Source: a virus | Virus record (IMG/VR): IMGVR_UViG_3300025087_000053 | Span: 1-64,000 of that record | Length of the DNA: 64,000 nt | Direction: 5' to 3' (one strand) | Made by a program: the position numbers and the translations under genes | Notes under the pieces: generated by a model | Databases searched by the model: none | The model's input: the letters and a program-made list of their open reading frames with translations, nothing else | What the model was told of the DNA's origin: nothing | Shown: positions 45,968 to 56,394 of the stretch, one piece after another | Layout of the letters: the number at the start of each line of letters is the position of its first letter | How positions within the stretch are numbered: the first letter of the stretch is position 1

Positions 45968-47182
45968 CTATTCTTCGTCCTTCTCTCCAAACGACACTAC
46001 AGAAGAGCCCTTCTTTTCATTGAGTTTTTCCGTTGGTTGGTCGGGAAAGTTAGGAATTTCTTTGTGTCCCTCGTCTGTTTCTTTATCGAAATAGAAATCC
46101 GCTGCATTCTTTTTTTCGTTAAAGTTCACAACCATCTCTTCTTCAACAACCTTCATCACAAGAGCAAAAAAGTTTGCATCGTTCTTGAGAAGATCGCTCC
46201 AATCTTTCTCTTGGAACTTTACTTCTTGCTTGTCATCTCCCATAAGAAACTTCCAAGGTCCGCCTGTACGATATCTAGGAGAGATTTTAACTACCTCAAA
46301 CAAACTTTCATCATCACAAACTCCGACTCTGTTGGGGTCTCCCCACAAAATCTTAAACTCACACTTTCTTTTCTCGGTCCCATATCGTGATTTAATAAGC
46401 TTCGCTTTTACTGTTGAGCCAATAATAAACCCCTTCTCGTCCTCAACGAAAGAGGCTTTTGCATGAGGCTTAACAAGCCAAATACGAAGATGGCAAGCAT
46501 AAGCAACAGAAAGCCCACCAGGAGTAAAATACTTAACTTCATCTGTTGCGTATTTGCTAGAAGCCTCTGGAGAAATGTTTGTCTTAAGATGATTTAAGAT
46601 TACCCAAGTGGCCCCAGCCCTGTTAAGAGGTCCAAGCAGCTTCGAAATACCCTTTGAAATAGTTCTTGCCTTAACAGAAACCGAAGAACTTGGATTAAAA
46701 TCTCCTTCAACATCAGTTAAGTCGGGGAGCATGGCAAGGCTGTCGAGAATAAAGACAACTCTACCCATCTCTTCTTCTGAAAGAACAGCTTCCATGATTT
46801 CAAACATTTGTCGTATATCGTCTGGAAGAATATAGGTAAGATGATCTAAGTCGCATCCGGCGTTGATAAGAAACTCTGAGTCTATTGCTCTCTCGCTATC
46901 AAAATATACAACGTGATAGCCCTTCTTTTGGGCATTTACCGCAATTTGCGCTGCCAAATAACTTTTCCCAACTCCAGACAAAGAGGCTATTTCTGTAATT
47001 CTTCCTACGGGAATTCCCGCTTTAATTCCCCTTGCGATTGTACAATCCAGAAGAAAAGAACCTGTAGAAATCCAGTCTTTAACTGTTGCAGGAGACTCAT
47101 CTTTTGTAAGATTGTAAGCAACGTCATGTCCGACTTTTTTGTTTATGATAGATTTAATTTTTTCTAAGCTTGTCTTTGTCAT
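45968..47182 (-). CDS. recA: RecA/UvsX recombinase
   Basis: ISTGSFLLD, GIPVGRITEI, SGVGKS, FDSE, LDSLA, TPGG. Confidence 0.9.
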   Translation of the reverse strand: MTKTSLEKIKSIINKKVGHDVAYNLTKDESPATVKDWISTGSFLLDCTIARGIKAGIPVGRITEIASLSGVGKSYLAAQIAVNAQKKGYHVVYFDSERAIDSEFLINAGCDLDHLTYILPDDIRQMFEIMEAVLSEEEMGRVVFILDSLAMLPDLTDVEGDFNPSSSVSVKARTISKGISKLLGPLNRAGATWVILNHLKTNISPEASSKYATDEVKYFTPGGLSVAYACHLRIWLVKPHAKASFVEDEKGFIIGSTVKAKLIKSRYGTEKRKCEFKILWGDPNRVGVCDDESLFEVVKISPRYRTGGPWKFLMGDDKQEVKFQEKDWSDLLKNDANFFALVMKVVEEEMVVNFNEKKNAADFYFDKETDEGHKEIPNFPDQPTEKLNEKKGSSVVSFGEKDEE

Positions 47183-47212
47183 TATTGTTCCTCAGTTAAA
47201 AGATGTAGAACA

Positions 47213-47241
47213 ACTCCGGCCGAGATAAACCCAGCCGGAGT
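47213..47241 (-). terminator. hairpin between the SSB and recA genes
   Basis: ACTCCGGC...GCCGGAGT inverted repeat. Confidence 0.5.
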
Positions 47242-47265
47242 ATTGTTCTACATTTTCATCTCAAT

Positions 47266-48054
47266 CTATTTTTCTTCAAACGCAGCGTCAATAGCGTCGT
47301 CACCAGAAACCGGGGGCTCTGCTGCTTGTGTTAGAATAGTTTCCGATTCCTTGGCAGCACCATATTTTTCTGTGCCTCCCTCGGAATTGCCAACATCTTG
47401 GTTCATATGCTCGCTAAGAATCATTTCCACATCTTGTGGAGTCTTGCGAGGATAAAGAAGATTAAAGGTCGGCATATCTGCAACAAGCTTACGGGCTACT
47501 TCGTAGTCTTCCATAATCGGAGTGGGGCGACGAGCAATCTTTACGCTGCTCTTGGAGAAGCGAGGATTAGCTTCGTTGTACTCATATGAAAGTAGCACAT
47601 CAAATCCTTTTTCTTCGTCGGCGATGTTGCCAACGTCGGGATTAAGAACTTCCTCTAGCATTGACTTGTACACGCCTTTGCCATAGCTCCACCAACGCAC
47701 GCCTTGGTCCTCTTCGCCGCGAACAAGAATGGGCGAGAAATATCTCTCACGAGGAAAGTAATTATCTTTCGCTAGTTGGATCTTCTCAGCATCTTTTGTA
47801 TTGTAAAGCTCAAAAGCCATTTCACAAATAGCACACTTCTCATTGAAATTCTTTCGAGGACAAAGGAAACTCTTTCCGCCAATAAAGTGGATAGAAGCCT
47901 CAACAAAGGGTTCTGATACGTTCACAATACGTAATGCAAAAGTTTTTGTTTCCTTGGGCGACCAACGATACGATTTCCCTTCTCCGGTTTTTGCCTTCTT
48001 GGGGTTGTTAATGCTGTCTAATTTCTTTCTGATTTCTTCTAGGTTTAGTGACAT
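47266..48054 (-). CDS. single-stranded DNA-binding protein (T4 gp32-like)
   Basis: HF...CP...CAICE, ILVRGEE..GVRWW.YGK, G.D motif, acidic C-tail. Confidence 0.8.
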   Translation of the reverse strand: MSLNLEEIRKKLDSINNPKKAKTGEGKSYRWSPKETKTFALRIVNVSEPFVEASIHFIGGKSFLCPRKNFNEKCAICEMAFELYNTKDAEKIQLAKDNYFPRERYFSPILVRGEEDQGVRWWSYGKGVYKSMLEEVLNPDVGNIADEEKGFDVLLSYEYNEANPRFSKSSVKIARRPTPIMEDYEVARKLVADMPTFNLLYPRKTPQDVEMILSEHMNQDVGNSEGGTEKYGAAKESETILTQAAEPPVSGDDAIDAAFEEK

Positions 48055-48076
48055 TTTGTTTCTCCTTGTTATGTTA

Positions 48077-48310
48077 CTATGCTGTAACTTTTTCTGGTCC
48101 CTCAACTACTTGATCCCAATTGATAATTCTAAAGTCCTGTTTGTCTACATCCCAGACCACCTCCTGATTTTGTTTTGCTGGTTGTCTTCCCGTGCCCTTT
48201 ATTCTTTCGTTTAAAAGGGATTTGGGAAGGTCTCTCAAATATTGAAAAGTCATTGTTCTCGCTTCGCCATTTTTCTTCATAAACAGAATTTTCCAAGTTG
48301 GTGTTGTCAT
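48077..48310 (-). CDS. small SH3/WYL-like protein
   Basis: FMKKNGEARTM...VWDVDKQDFR. Confidence 0.55.
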   Translation of the reverse strand: MTTPTWKILFMKKNGEARTMTFQYLRDLPKSLLNERIKGTGRQPAKQNQEVVWDVDKQDFRIINWDQVVEGPEKVTA

Positions 48311-49164
48311 GATGTTATAATCTCCTGTATTTGATCAGAATACGGAATAACAAACAAATATTTACTATCGTATGGGGAAATAAATATGTCGTATACGTAG
48401 TCTACTGCTTGTTTCCGATTAAGTTTTTCTCTTGCTTCCTGCAATAACCCTGATTGTTTTTCGTAGTCTCCTTTGCTTACTAAATAGTAGTAAGCTTTGA
48501 GAATAGGCGAAAATATTTCATAAAAAAGATTCTCTTTCCCCGTTTCCAAATCGACACTTCCAAGAGTATAAATTCTTGCGCAATTAGGAGGAGTTAAGTC
48601 TTGTTTCAAAACGCCCTCTTGTTCTCTATAGGCCAACAACATTTTATACGTCCCAAGAAGAAGCTCTGTTTTTTTAGTTTCTATCTCGGACAATGTTGTT
48701 GCAGGAATCATTTTCTCCAGACAATAATCATCAACTATGCAGATTTCCTTAAAAACTCCCGATCTGGCGTATTCTTGGAGCACACCATACACCACCTTTC
48801 GATTTAGTTTGACGTCATTTTTATAAGTTGGCGTAGGTCTTAGCAAAAAAATTATTCTGATGTCTGCGTCCTTGACTTTTTGAAGCAGACGAAGACTACA
48901 TGCAGAAACGATGTCTGAGCCATCAACAAATGCTATACAAGAATTGCCAAGTTTATTAAATTTATGAAGATTACACTTTGAAGAGGAATAAAGCTTATCA
49001 AAAGATTCTTCTATCTTCTCGGGACTTGTCTCTTTAATTACTACATCAGAGTCATCACGAGAAGACACAAGAAAAACTTTCTTGAGTTCTGGCCAAGACT
49101 TTAATTGTTCTACTAATACGGGCTGATTTCCTATTACTACAGCACAACTAGACTTTTTTACCAT
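48307..49164 (-). CDS. hypothetical protein, possible degenerate tubulin/FtsZ-like fold
   Basis: VVIGN, FVDGSDIVS, FLLRP and VLQEYARSG spacing recalls the tubulin GTPase domain, but the Gly-rich loops are eroded. Confidence 0.35.
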   Translation of the reverse strand: MVKKSSCAVVIGNQPVLVEQLKSWPELKKVFLVSSRDDSDVVIKETSPEKIEESFDKLYSSSKCNLHKFNKLGNSCIAFVDGSDIVSACSLRLLQKVKDADIRIIFLLRPTPTYKNDVKLNRKVVYGVLQEYARSGVFKEICIVDDYCLEKMIPATTLSEIETKKTELLLGTYKMLLAYREQEGVLKQDLTPPNCARIYTLGSVDLETGKENLFYEIFSPILKAYYYLVSKGDYEKQSGLLQEAREKLNRKQAVDYVYDIFISPYDSKYLFVIPYSDQIQEIITS

Positions 49165-50341
49165 GTTCTAAAATCCTACTCATCTCTCCAAAATTCTTCC
49201 CTATAGAGAGGTTTATAACATACTTTCCAAAATCTGTAGAAGAGAAAATTTCTTCTATCTCTCTTATTTTATGTTTTTCATTCTTGTCAAAATCTAATAC
49301 AAGACAGTCGTGAATAAGGAAAGCGATATAGCTTCTCATCTTATTCTTTTTCAGACATTCCCAAACTTTTAGTGCCTGCGCAAGAAACAAATCACTCGTT
49401 GTGCTTTGGATAAGATAATTAAAAACAAAATGAAAATCCTCTATTTCTATAGTTCGCCCCAAAGGTGTTTCAATCTTTTTCCCGTCCCAATACTTCTTTA
49501 TTAGTTCTTCTCTGTCAAATATCTTTAAGGAAGCATCTTCTGGGTTATACAGCCAAGAGAAAACTTTCTTTTTTGCTTCTTCTCTGGAAAGTTTACCGCA
49601 AAAGAGGTTTTCTGCATTCCATTGGTGGATATCGTGTTGAGGTTGTTCTTTCCCAAACAAATGTAAAATAGTTCTTATTTCAGCTCCATTTATGTCCAAT
49701 TCGACATAAACATCATTGTTGGGACAAAGAATGTGTCTTTCTTTTTTGGGCAATCTAAGTATCGGAAAAGAACCCGGCCGCTCGCTCAGACGCCCTGTAA
49801 CAGTACCAAAAAGATTATAGTCTATTCTCTGTAGGCTTTTATTTAAAGCGTTCTTTATGTCTTCGTCCGCTTCTGCACAGACGTTAAGTTTTTTAAAGGC
49901 TATGTCCTCTAATAGAAACGACGCCTGTTTAAGCAAATTATAATTCTTTGGCCTTTCGGTCGAATCAATAATCTTTTTTGTTATTTCAGTTCTTTTGGCG
50001 GCAAACTCAAGCAAGAAGTCAAAAGAAAATAAATCAACAAAATTCCTAGAAGTTACTTTTACTTTAGCTGTTTTAATTGCACACTGATATGCGGCCCATG
50101 TTTCATAAAGCTTTTCCCAGTCTCTCCTTTCCTTTTGCGAACATACGTCGACAACCTTTTTATTGGAACAGTACAAAGCGGCGGAGTCAACACAAGGGAA
50201 GGCTCTCGATAGATACCAAGAAAAACTCGGGACTGGAAGATTTCCGGACTCTGAAAGAGATAATACATTAATACTACCATCACAGTAAATAACGTCAGAT
50301 TCACCGTTTTTAGAAGAAAAAAGAACGTCTATGAAATTCAT
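49148..50341 (-). CDS. compact family-A DNA polymerase-like protein
   Basis: TVTGRLS, ELDINGAEIR (motif A), REEAKKKVFSWLY (motif B), NYLIQST, IHDCLV (motif C). Confidence 0.82.
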   Translation of the reverse strand: MNFIDVLFSSKNGESDVIYCDGSINVLSLSESGNLPVPSFSWYLSRAFPCVDSAALYCSNKKVVDVCSQKERRDWEKLYETWAAYQCAIKTAKVKVTSRNFVDLFSFDFLLEFAAKRTEITKKIIDSTERPKNYNLLKQASFLLEDIAFKKLNVCAEADEDIKNALNKSLQRIDYNLFGTVTGRLSERPGSFPILRLPKKERHILCPNNDVYVELDINGAEIRTILHLFGKEQPQHDIHQWNAENLFCGKLSREEAKKKVFSWLYNPEDASLKIFDREELIKKYWDGKKIETPLGRTIEIEDFHFVFNYLIQSTTSDLFLAQALKVWECLKKNKMRSYIAFLIHDCLVLDFDKNEKHKIREIEEIFSSTDFGKYVINLSIGKNFGEMSRILEHGKKV

Positions 50342-50347
50342 GCTGCC

Positions 50348-51355
50348 TTATCTTGTTTCGGCCTCAAGATATCGCATCGCACGGTCAAAGTCAAGTTCTT
50401 TTAAAAGAGCACAAGATTTCTCAATAATCTTCTTTTTCTTGGCCAAAGACAGCCCCTTATCCGAATACTCCAGCTTTAACCCAAGATAAAGATTAAACCA
50501 AAAACCAACGTCTTTGTCAACATCCTTTTTATTAACGTATTTGCGATAAGAAGCAATAATAACTTCTTTTAGCAAATCCAAGTCTTTATATTTCGCGTCT
50601 TCGAAATATTCTTCAAGTACCGAGTTTTGCTCTGTTTTTTCTATAAAAGGCTTTGCCGCATCAGAATAAAGATTAAACATCAATCTCCATGGAGCGTTTT
50701 TATCTACAGCAAACCCAAATCGGACAGCACAGCTCTGATAAAGGGGATAATTGTCGTCCGACATTAAAACAGTTTTTGGGTAATCGTCTGAATGAGACTT
50801 TTTCATTACCTCTATTCCAAGTCCACTGCAAAGAGGATCACAATACTTGGAATTAATAAAGTCTGTAAACGTAAATGGTAGTTTTGTATTTTCTGAGAGT
50901 GCTATTATCTGTCTTGAGAAGTTAAGAAAATCCTTCTTTTTAAAGAACCCATTCTTAAAAGAGTTGTCTACCAAGTTTGCAAAATAATTTTTGTATTCTT
51001 GCTCGGGGTTTTTATAACCAGAGACAACTTTTATATCTTTGAATTCGCTTTTATCCAAGCATCCGGCCATTTTAACAAACTCTTTCTTAAAGGATTCGTA
51101 AGCCGATACAACAAAACTTACTCCTCTTTCTTTCTTCTTCCCAGAGTCTAAATAAACATCAAACTTATCTTTCTTAGGGATTATAGAAACTCCATTAAAA
51201 CTCTTTCCATAAACTTGATGCCGATAAAGGAAGTCGATATAATATCCGTTTAATTCAAGTCTCTCGTCAAAAAGAGAAAGATATTCTATTCTCTTGTTAA
51301 AAAGAATTCTCGTGGACATGGAGTTTTTTCCATCTGCAACCATATTATTTTTCAA
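50348..51355 (-). CDS. hypothetical protein in the tail/baseplate region
   Basis: 335 aa; GFAVDKNAPWRL motif. Confidence 0.6.
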   Translation of the reverse strand: MKNNMVADGKNSMSTRILFNKRIEYLSLFDERLELNGYYIDFLYRHQVYGKSFNGVSIIPKKDKFDVYLDSGKKKERGVSFVVSAYESFKKEFVKMAGCLDKSEFKDIKVVSGYKNPEQEYKNYFANLVDNSFKNGFFKKKDFLNFSRQIIALSENTKLPFTFTDFINSKYCDPLCSGLGIEVMKKSHSDDYPKTVLMSDDNYPLYQSCAVRFGFAVDKNAPWRLMFNLYSDAAKPFIEKTEQNSVLEEYFEDAKYKDLDLLKEVIIASYRKYVNKKDVDKDVGFWFNLYLGLKLEYSDKGLSLAKKKKIIEKSCALLKELDFDRAMRYLEAETR

Positions 51356-53642
51356 CTCCGTCTACAGAGCTATAACTTTGAGTAGAAGAAACATTACCGT
51401 CGTCTAGGCTTCTAGGAGTTACAGCTCCCTCTTCTTCCCCGACATTGAACCCAATTACCATTTCCGTCATACATGTCAAATTTGTTTTAAAGCTACTAGG
51501 AGTAATCTCACACTCCGTTTTAATTACAGTATAATACCCCAACAATCCAAATCTTCTCGCGTTTGTTTCATTTGCAAGCATTGGAGACGGATGAAGAAAT
51601 ATCTTACTTCCGTTGGTAAAAATGTTATTCCCCATCAACGCCACGTTAGCATCAAAAACGTCCAACAACATCAAACCATCAGAGCTTTCAATGCCTTTTT
51701 TAATCTTTGCCATACGAACGCTTCTTAACGCCTCGTCGCTTCTTTGCGCATATTTTATTTCTTCTGTTATGCCCCGATTTCTCCCCTCATAAAGATGATA
51801 TACTCCATTTTTCTGATCTTTTTCAACATCAATCTTTTTAAAGTGTGCTCCCTCGTAATCAATAGCAAACACAATAAACCACGATTCCTGCTCCGGAGAT
51901 ATTTGTTGATTAGATTCAGATATGACTTTTTTATCTCTCTTCTTGGGAAAAGTTAAAACAGTCGAAGAAAACAAAACTCTTTTGCTTTGAGGATATCTTC
52001 CCAAAAGCCCTTTTGGATGATGTAGGCTGGGTCTAATCAGGCTCTGCAAAAGACCAAAGATAAAGTTCTTCAGGAACACAGAGGGAACTCCGGTCTTAAT
52101 AACGTTTGCTTTAAACCAAGTCAAATAGTTGTTAAGAGATATCGGCAAATCGGCAATAGAAATACTTTTTAACTCTCCTCCGTCGCCTTTTATCGTTATA
52201 TTCCCAAATAAAATCTTCAAATCTTGAAGAATCTTGGGATTGTTGCCCTCTACGATCCTCATCGCAGCATCAACAAGATCTCCAAAAAAGAAATACTTAA
52301 TATCAAATCTTCCATTAATGTAAGACAACTCTGGAGATTGGGAGCTTCCTTGCAATATCTTTTTTGCCTGTTCATCATGGTCGTTTGCATCGGAATTTTG
52401 ATTTTTTGGTATTTTCTCCAAATATGCTTGTTTTTCTTCCGGTGTTAAATCAACCTCAAGATGATACAATACATCCAAAGGCTCCGCTTCAAGAGAATAT
52501 ATTTGATCGTTGCATTTTAACATTTCCAACAAAATCTTGTATGCAGCATATATCTCCTGTTGCCTTAGCTCTTTTATTTCTTCTTGTCGCTTTTTCTCAA
52601 GATCCCTTTCTATAGTTCTAATATCAACGCCCTTTTTTTCTGCTTCGTCGTCCAACTCATATGCTTCAAACTTCAATAACGAATTTTGAAACTTCTTATC
52701 TGCCTCCTTGATGGAATAGAAAATATCTGCATCGGCAGAATTCATCAAGCCTTCCAAAGAAGAAATAAAATCAAAAGTCATTCTCACATAACCAGCTTGA
52801 GCAATCTCCGTTTGATAATTCACAGGAAAAAGCTGCAAGACGATATTGTGAGAATTCAAAGCATCTTTTAATTTCTTTGACAAAAGGGGATTGTTTTGGT
52901 CAAAAGACCAGCCAACATGAGCCTTAACTATAAATGGAGGATTGTTCTTAGCACTTATTCCATAATTCCCCAACCAACCCATTGAGGATCTTTGCTTAAA
53001 CCAAGTAAAATCAGAAAAACCAATTTTATATTCTCCGTCTATTGTCCTCTCTTCGAAAAACTCGTCAAGAGAAGAAAATAATATTGTTAATGACGCCAAG
53101 ATGTTTCTATCCGACGTCGCAAGGTCGGTTCCCTCATAACTCCATTTAAAAGATTCTACACCCGCTCCTCCTCCTCTTGCTTTCTTGTCTTTAAATATCT
53201 TCTCTATGTCCTTTGTATCAATAAAGTTCTTGAAAGTATACTCAACTTCTTTCTTTTTCCCACCTTCCAAAAGAAATACTTTATATAGTCGTATTTTTGG
53301 AACCAAACAGCTTTGTTGAGCAGGAGTCATGTTTAATATTTCTTCTGCTCCTTCTCTTCTTAAAAGCTTGGATATAAAGCTTTCTGAGCTTTCATTTGTG
53401 GTGAGATATAAATGAGATTTTGATTTATTCCTTGTCTCTTGCTGTTGAATTATCTTGTCGAAGTTGGCTGCAATATATTCCTGCTCTCTAAATCCACGAT
53501 AAAAAGCTTCTTGAATCTTTTTAACAGCAGAATCAAAAGACTCTTCCTGCTTTTTTCTTTGTTCTATTGTCGCTTCTGCCGCTCTAATGTCCGAATGCTT
53601 TATGACATTGGGGTCATAAAGATCACCTACTCTTCTTTCCAT
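51345..53642 (-). CDS. putative baseplate hub-like protein
   Basis: 765 aa; LVPKIRLYKV, YFFFGDLV and a C-terminal GYYTVIK..C.I...F.T.L beta pattern; position in the tail module. Confidence 0.5.
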   Translation of the reverse strand: MERRVGDLYDPNVIKHSDIRAAEATIEQRKKQEESFDSAVKKIQEAFYRGFREQEYIAANFDKIIQQQETRNKSKSHLYLTTNESSESFISKLLRREGAEEILNMTPAQQSCLVPKIRLYKVFLLEGGKKKEVEYTFKNFIDTKDIEKIFKDKKARGGGAGVESFKWSYEGTDLATSDRNILASLTILFSSLDEFFEERTIDGEYKIGFSDFTWFKQRSSMGWLGNYGISAKNNPPFIVKAHVGWSFDQNNPLLSKKLKDALNSHNIVLQLFPVNYQTEIAQAGYVRMTFDFISSLEGLMNSADADIFYSIKEADKKFQNSLLKFEAYELDDEAEKKGVDIRTIERDLEKKRQEEIKELRQQEIYAAYKILLEMLKCNDQIYSLEAEPLDVLYHLEVDLTPEEKQAYLEKIPKNQNSDANDHDEQAKKILQGSSQSPELSYINGRFDIKYFFFGDLVDAAMRIVEGNNPKILQDLKILFGNITIKGDGGELKSISIADLPISLNNYLTWFKANVIKTGVPSVFLKNFIFGLLQSLIRPSLHHPKGLLGRYPQSKRVLFSSTVLTFPKKRDKKVISESNQQISPEQESWFIVFAIDYEGAHFKKIDVEKDQKNGVYHLYEGRNRGITEEIKYAQRSDEALRSVRMAKIKKGIESSDGLMLLDVFDANVALMGNNIFTNGSKIFLHPSPMLANETNARRFGLLGYYTVIKTECEITPSSFKTNLTCMTEMVIGFNVGEEEGAVTPRSLDDGNVSSTQSYSSVDGVEK

Positions 53643-53644
53643 CT

Positions 53645-53986
53645 TTATCCCTCAAACATCATCATAACTTTTTCCAACGGCAAAGGAATATAAACTATTT
53701 GTCCAATTGTTAATTGGCAGTCTACTGGAACTTGGTTAAACCAAGCAATCAACCACCATAAAGTAACATCTCCATAGTGTTTATATGCAAGTTTATAATA
53801 CTTGTCCCCGGCTCTCCATGTATGATTAACAACATCAAGTTCTTTTATTTGTTCTTTTGTCGGATATTTCAGTTGAAGAGTTTTGTATTGTAAAATATGC
53901 TTAAGCCCCTTTTTCTTAAGCTCCGAAGCATACATTTCATTTTTGTTGATAACAGGATTTAACCTGCGATAACGAGAGATGGGCAT
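53645..53986 (-). CDS. baseplate wedge protein (LysM/gp53-like)
   Basis: GDKYYKLAYKHYGDVTLWWLIAWFN. Confidence 0.8.
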   Translation of the reverse strand: MPISRYRRLNPVINKNEMYASELKKKGLKHILQYKTLQLKYPTKEQIKELDVVNHTWRAGDKYYKLAYKHYGDVTLWWLIAWFNQVPVDCQLTIGQIVYIPLPLEKVMMMFEG

Positions 53987-55554
53987 TATTTAACAACCTC
54001 TTTATACGATTCTTTGATTAATCTTCTTAGAAAGGATTCTTTTATTTCTTCTTTCTTGTCCAAATCCCATTTCCTGACGATTCCTGGTGTTTCTTTATTA
54101 TAGTGGTCGGGGTTATGTTGATAAAGAATCTTCACGACCTCAACATGGCCGTTTGCCGAAGCCCATCGGATGGCAGCGTTGTCATCGGCCGAGGGAACAA
54201 CCCTCTTGTCGGAAAGAAGAATCTTCACGACCTCAACATGGCCGTTTGCCGAAGCCACTCGGATGGCAAGGTTGTTACCGGCCGTTGGATCAACCCTCTT
54301 GTCGGAAAGAAGAATCTTCACGACCTCAACCTGGCCGTATTCCGAAGCCCATTGGAAGGCATAGTTGTCATCGGCCGTTGGATCAACCCTTTTGTCGGAA
54401 AGAAGAATCTTCACGACCTCAACATGGCCTTTTGCCGAAGCCCATCGGATGGCAAGGTTGTTACTTGTTCTTACGTTCGCACCCTTCCGAATTAAATCTT
54501 TTACATATTCGAGGTTGGGAGTTTCTTCTTGTTTTACCGCATCTTTTAGCTTGTTGTTTAGCAAACCTTGCCGTTGAATCTGTTTTTCATATTTTAAAAA
54601 CTCTTCGGGGATACCACCCTCCGACATCTCCGCCATCATTTCGATGGAAGGATTATACCCGGCTCGAACAATCTTCATTAGCTTTCGGAGTTCGTCGACA
54701 TTATACGCTTCCGCTTCATCTCTATTGAAAGCCGCAGCAACAAACTTTAGCCAATCGTCATATGTTACTTCCTTCATGTTCTTCTGCATCAAGGAAACAT
54801 ATTTGTTAAATCGGTCTTGACCTCCGATCTCTTCTATTACTTCTCTCGGGGTTTGAAGAAGATTTCCCGTAAATATGCCGCCAGGATATTCGTTCTCTAC
54901 TGTCGTTACGGTTGTTTCGATACCGTCCCCTTGGTCGACAACAGCAAAGTTAATTCTTGAAAACCTGTTACTTATGACGTCTTCCAAAGGAACTGTCTTG
55001 TTTATGACGTTAAAAAAGACGACCCCATCGTTAATCGTATATTGATAGAAATAGTTCTGTCCTTGGGCTGCAATACACCATGGGGTTCCTCGACCCCAAT
55101 AACAAGAGCCCTCCCTCGACAGCAGACGAATCATGATGTATTCATCGTCCTCATAAAGAGTTTGGAAATGTTCCCCTTCGCCACTTTCGGCTGCTTTATA
55201 GGCGGTTTTCTTCTTCTCTTTCCCCTTCGATCTCTCGCTCCGTTGCACGGTTTCGTAATAGTTGATTGCGTCGAAGACTCTTTCAGCCGTTTCGTATTGA
55301 TTAATGTCTTTCTTTTCCAGCCGAGGACCAATCTGATCGAACTTAAGAAATGCGTCCGCAACAAGCTCTTTGCTCTCGTTGCCTTGAAGAGTTCTTTTTA
55401 AAGCCCATTCCAAATACTTCTGTTTGCCCGTCGGATCTTTCGAGGCAAAGAAGTCGATTAGCTCTGTTTGCTCGGGAAGCTTTTCTTTCAGAGAGGAAAT
55501 TTTATCTTCAAGCAAAAGAACATCTTTAACTTCTTCCAAAATTACATATCTCAT
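53986..55554 (-). CDS. protein with TPWCIA domain and C-terminal ankyrin repeats
   Basis: SCYWGRGTPWCIA; four 93-bp ankyrin units nearly identical at DNA level to those of 17035..17787. Confidence 0.8.
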   Translation of the reverse strand: MRYVILEEVKDVLLLEDKISSLKEKLPEQTELIDFFASKDPTGKQKYLEWALKRTLQGNESKELVADAFLKFDQIGPRLEKKDINQYETAERVFDAINYYETVQRSERSKGKEKKKTAYKAAESGEGEHFQTLYEDDEYIMIRLLSREGSCYWGRGTPWCIAAQGQNYFYQYTINDGVVFFNVINKTVPLEDVISNRFSRINFAVVDQGDGIETTVTTVENEYPGGIFTGNLLQTPREVIEEIGGQDRFNKYVSLMQKNMKEVTYDDWLKFVAAAFNRDEAEAYNVDELRKLMKIVRAGYNPSIEMMAEMSEGGIPEEFLKYEKQIQRQGLLNNKLKDAVKQEETPNLEYVKDLIRKGANVRTSNNLAIRWASAKGHVEVVKILLSDKRVDPTADDNYAFQWASEYGQVEVVKILLSDKRVDPTAGNNLAIRVASANGHVEVVKILLSDKRVVPSADDNAAIRWASANGHVEVVKILYQHNPDHYNKETPGIVRKWDLDKKEEIKESFLRRLIKESYKEVVK

Positions 55555-56381
55555 TATTTCTTCCCCAACACAACATCTTCTTGAGATTCTTTCACACTAT
55601 CCCCAACAGAAGAATCTGTTGAAAACTTTTCATTATCTGTTCTTTCCTCTGGAAGAACAATGTATCCAAACGGATACCGATTCCCAACCTTATCATCCGA
55701 AAACACAAGAGCCCCATCTTTCGAAGATTTCTTTGTCCATCCTGGAAGATGTGTATGAAGAATATAAAGCATTACAGAAACAGAAATCGTCTTTGGGAAC
55801 GCCTCTGAGTCAAGAGTGCCAAAGAAAAACCCATCGTCTACAACGGGAGCATAATCTATTGCTCCGTCAATATAACATACAACACCACTTGGGATAAGAG
55901 TTGTATTTTTTTCTTCCCCGGTGTCCCCTTCGTTGTTTGTCAAAAAGTTAATAAACTTCGCCTTCATCAGAGGAGGTGCCGAAATCTGTCCGTCTTCATA
56001 AACGGGATAAACCATTCTTTTCAAAACACCAATTTTATACAAATTTAATTTTGCTTCTTCTTCGCTTTCTGCAGGAACATTCCAAGAAATTGTAACTGCT
56101 CGTTCTGTTCCTTTATATATGCTCATCGCATCCATACGACCATATACCTTATTTTTTTCCCATTCAGCAGTATGTGTATCGCGATAATCAGTCAGAAACG
56201 CTTTAAAATCTACTCTTTCTCCCGAAGGAATATGCTGAAATTGGATAATTAACCCTTTCCTCTTTTCAAGGAAATCCGTTCCTTTTACTTCGGGAAGTGA
56301 TATCTGGTCATTCCCCGTAAGCTTAAGACTTCTTCCATCAGAAGATACGCCGTATTGTTCGTCTTTTTTTATCTCTGTCAA
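55554..56381 (-). CDS. tail tube initiator / baseplate tube-like protein
   Basis: FKAFLTDY.D, VYGRMD..IYKGTER, YPVY, PPLM. Confidence 0.65.
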   Translation of the reverse strand: MTEIKKDEQYGVSSDGRSLKLTGNDQISLPEVKGTDFLEKRKGLIIQFQHIPSGERVDFKAFLTDYRDTHTAEWEKNKVYGRMDAMSIYKGTERAVTISWNVPAESEEEAKLNLYKIGVLKRMVYPVYEDGQISAPPLMKAKFINFLTNNEGDTGEEKNTTLIPSGVVCYIDGAIDYAPVVDDGFFFGTLDSEAFPKTISVSVMLYILHTHLPGWTKKSSKDGALVFSDDKVGNRYPFGYIVLPEERTDNEKFSTDSSVGDSVKESQEDVVLGKK

Positions 56382-56394
56382 CGATTAGCCCTCG

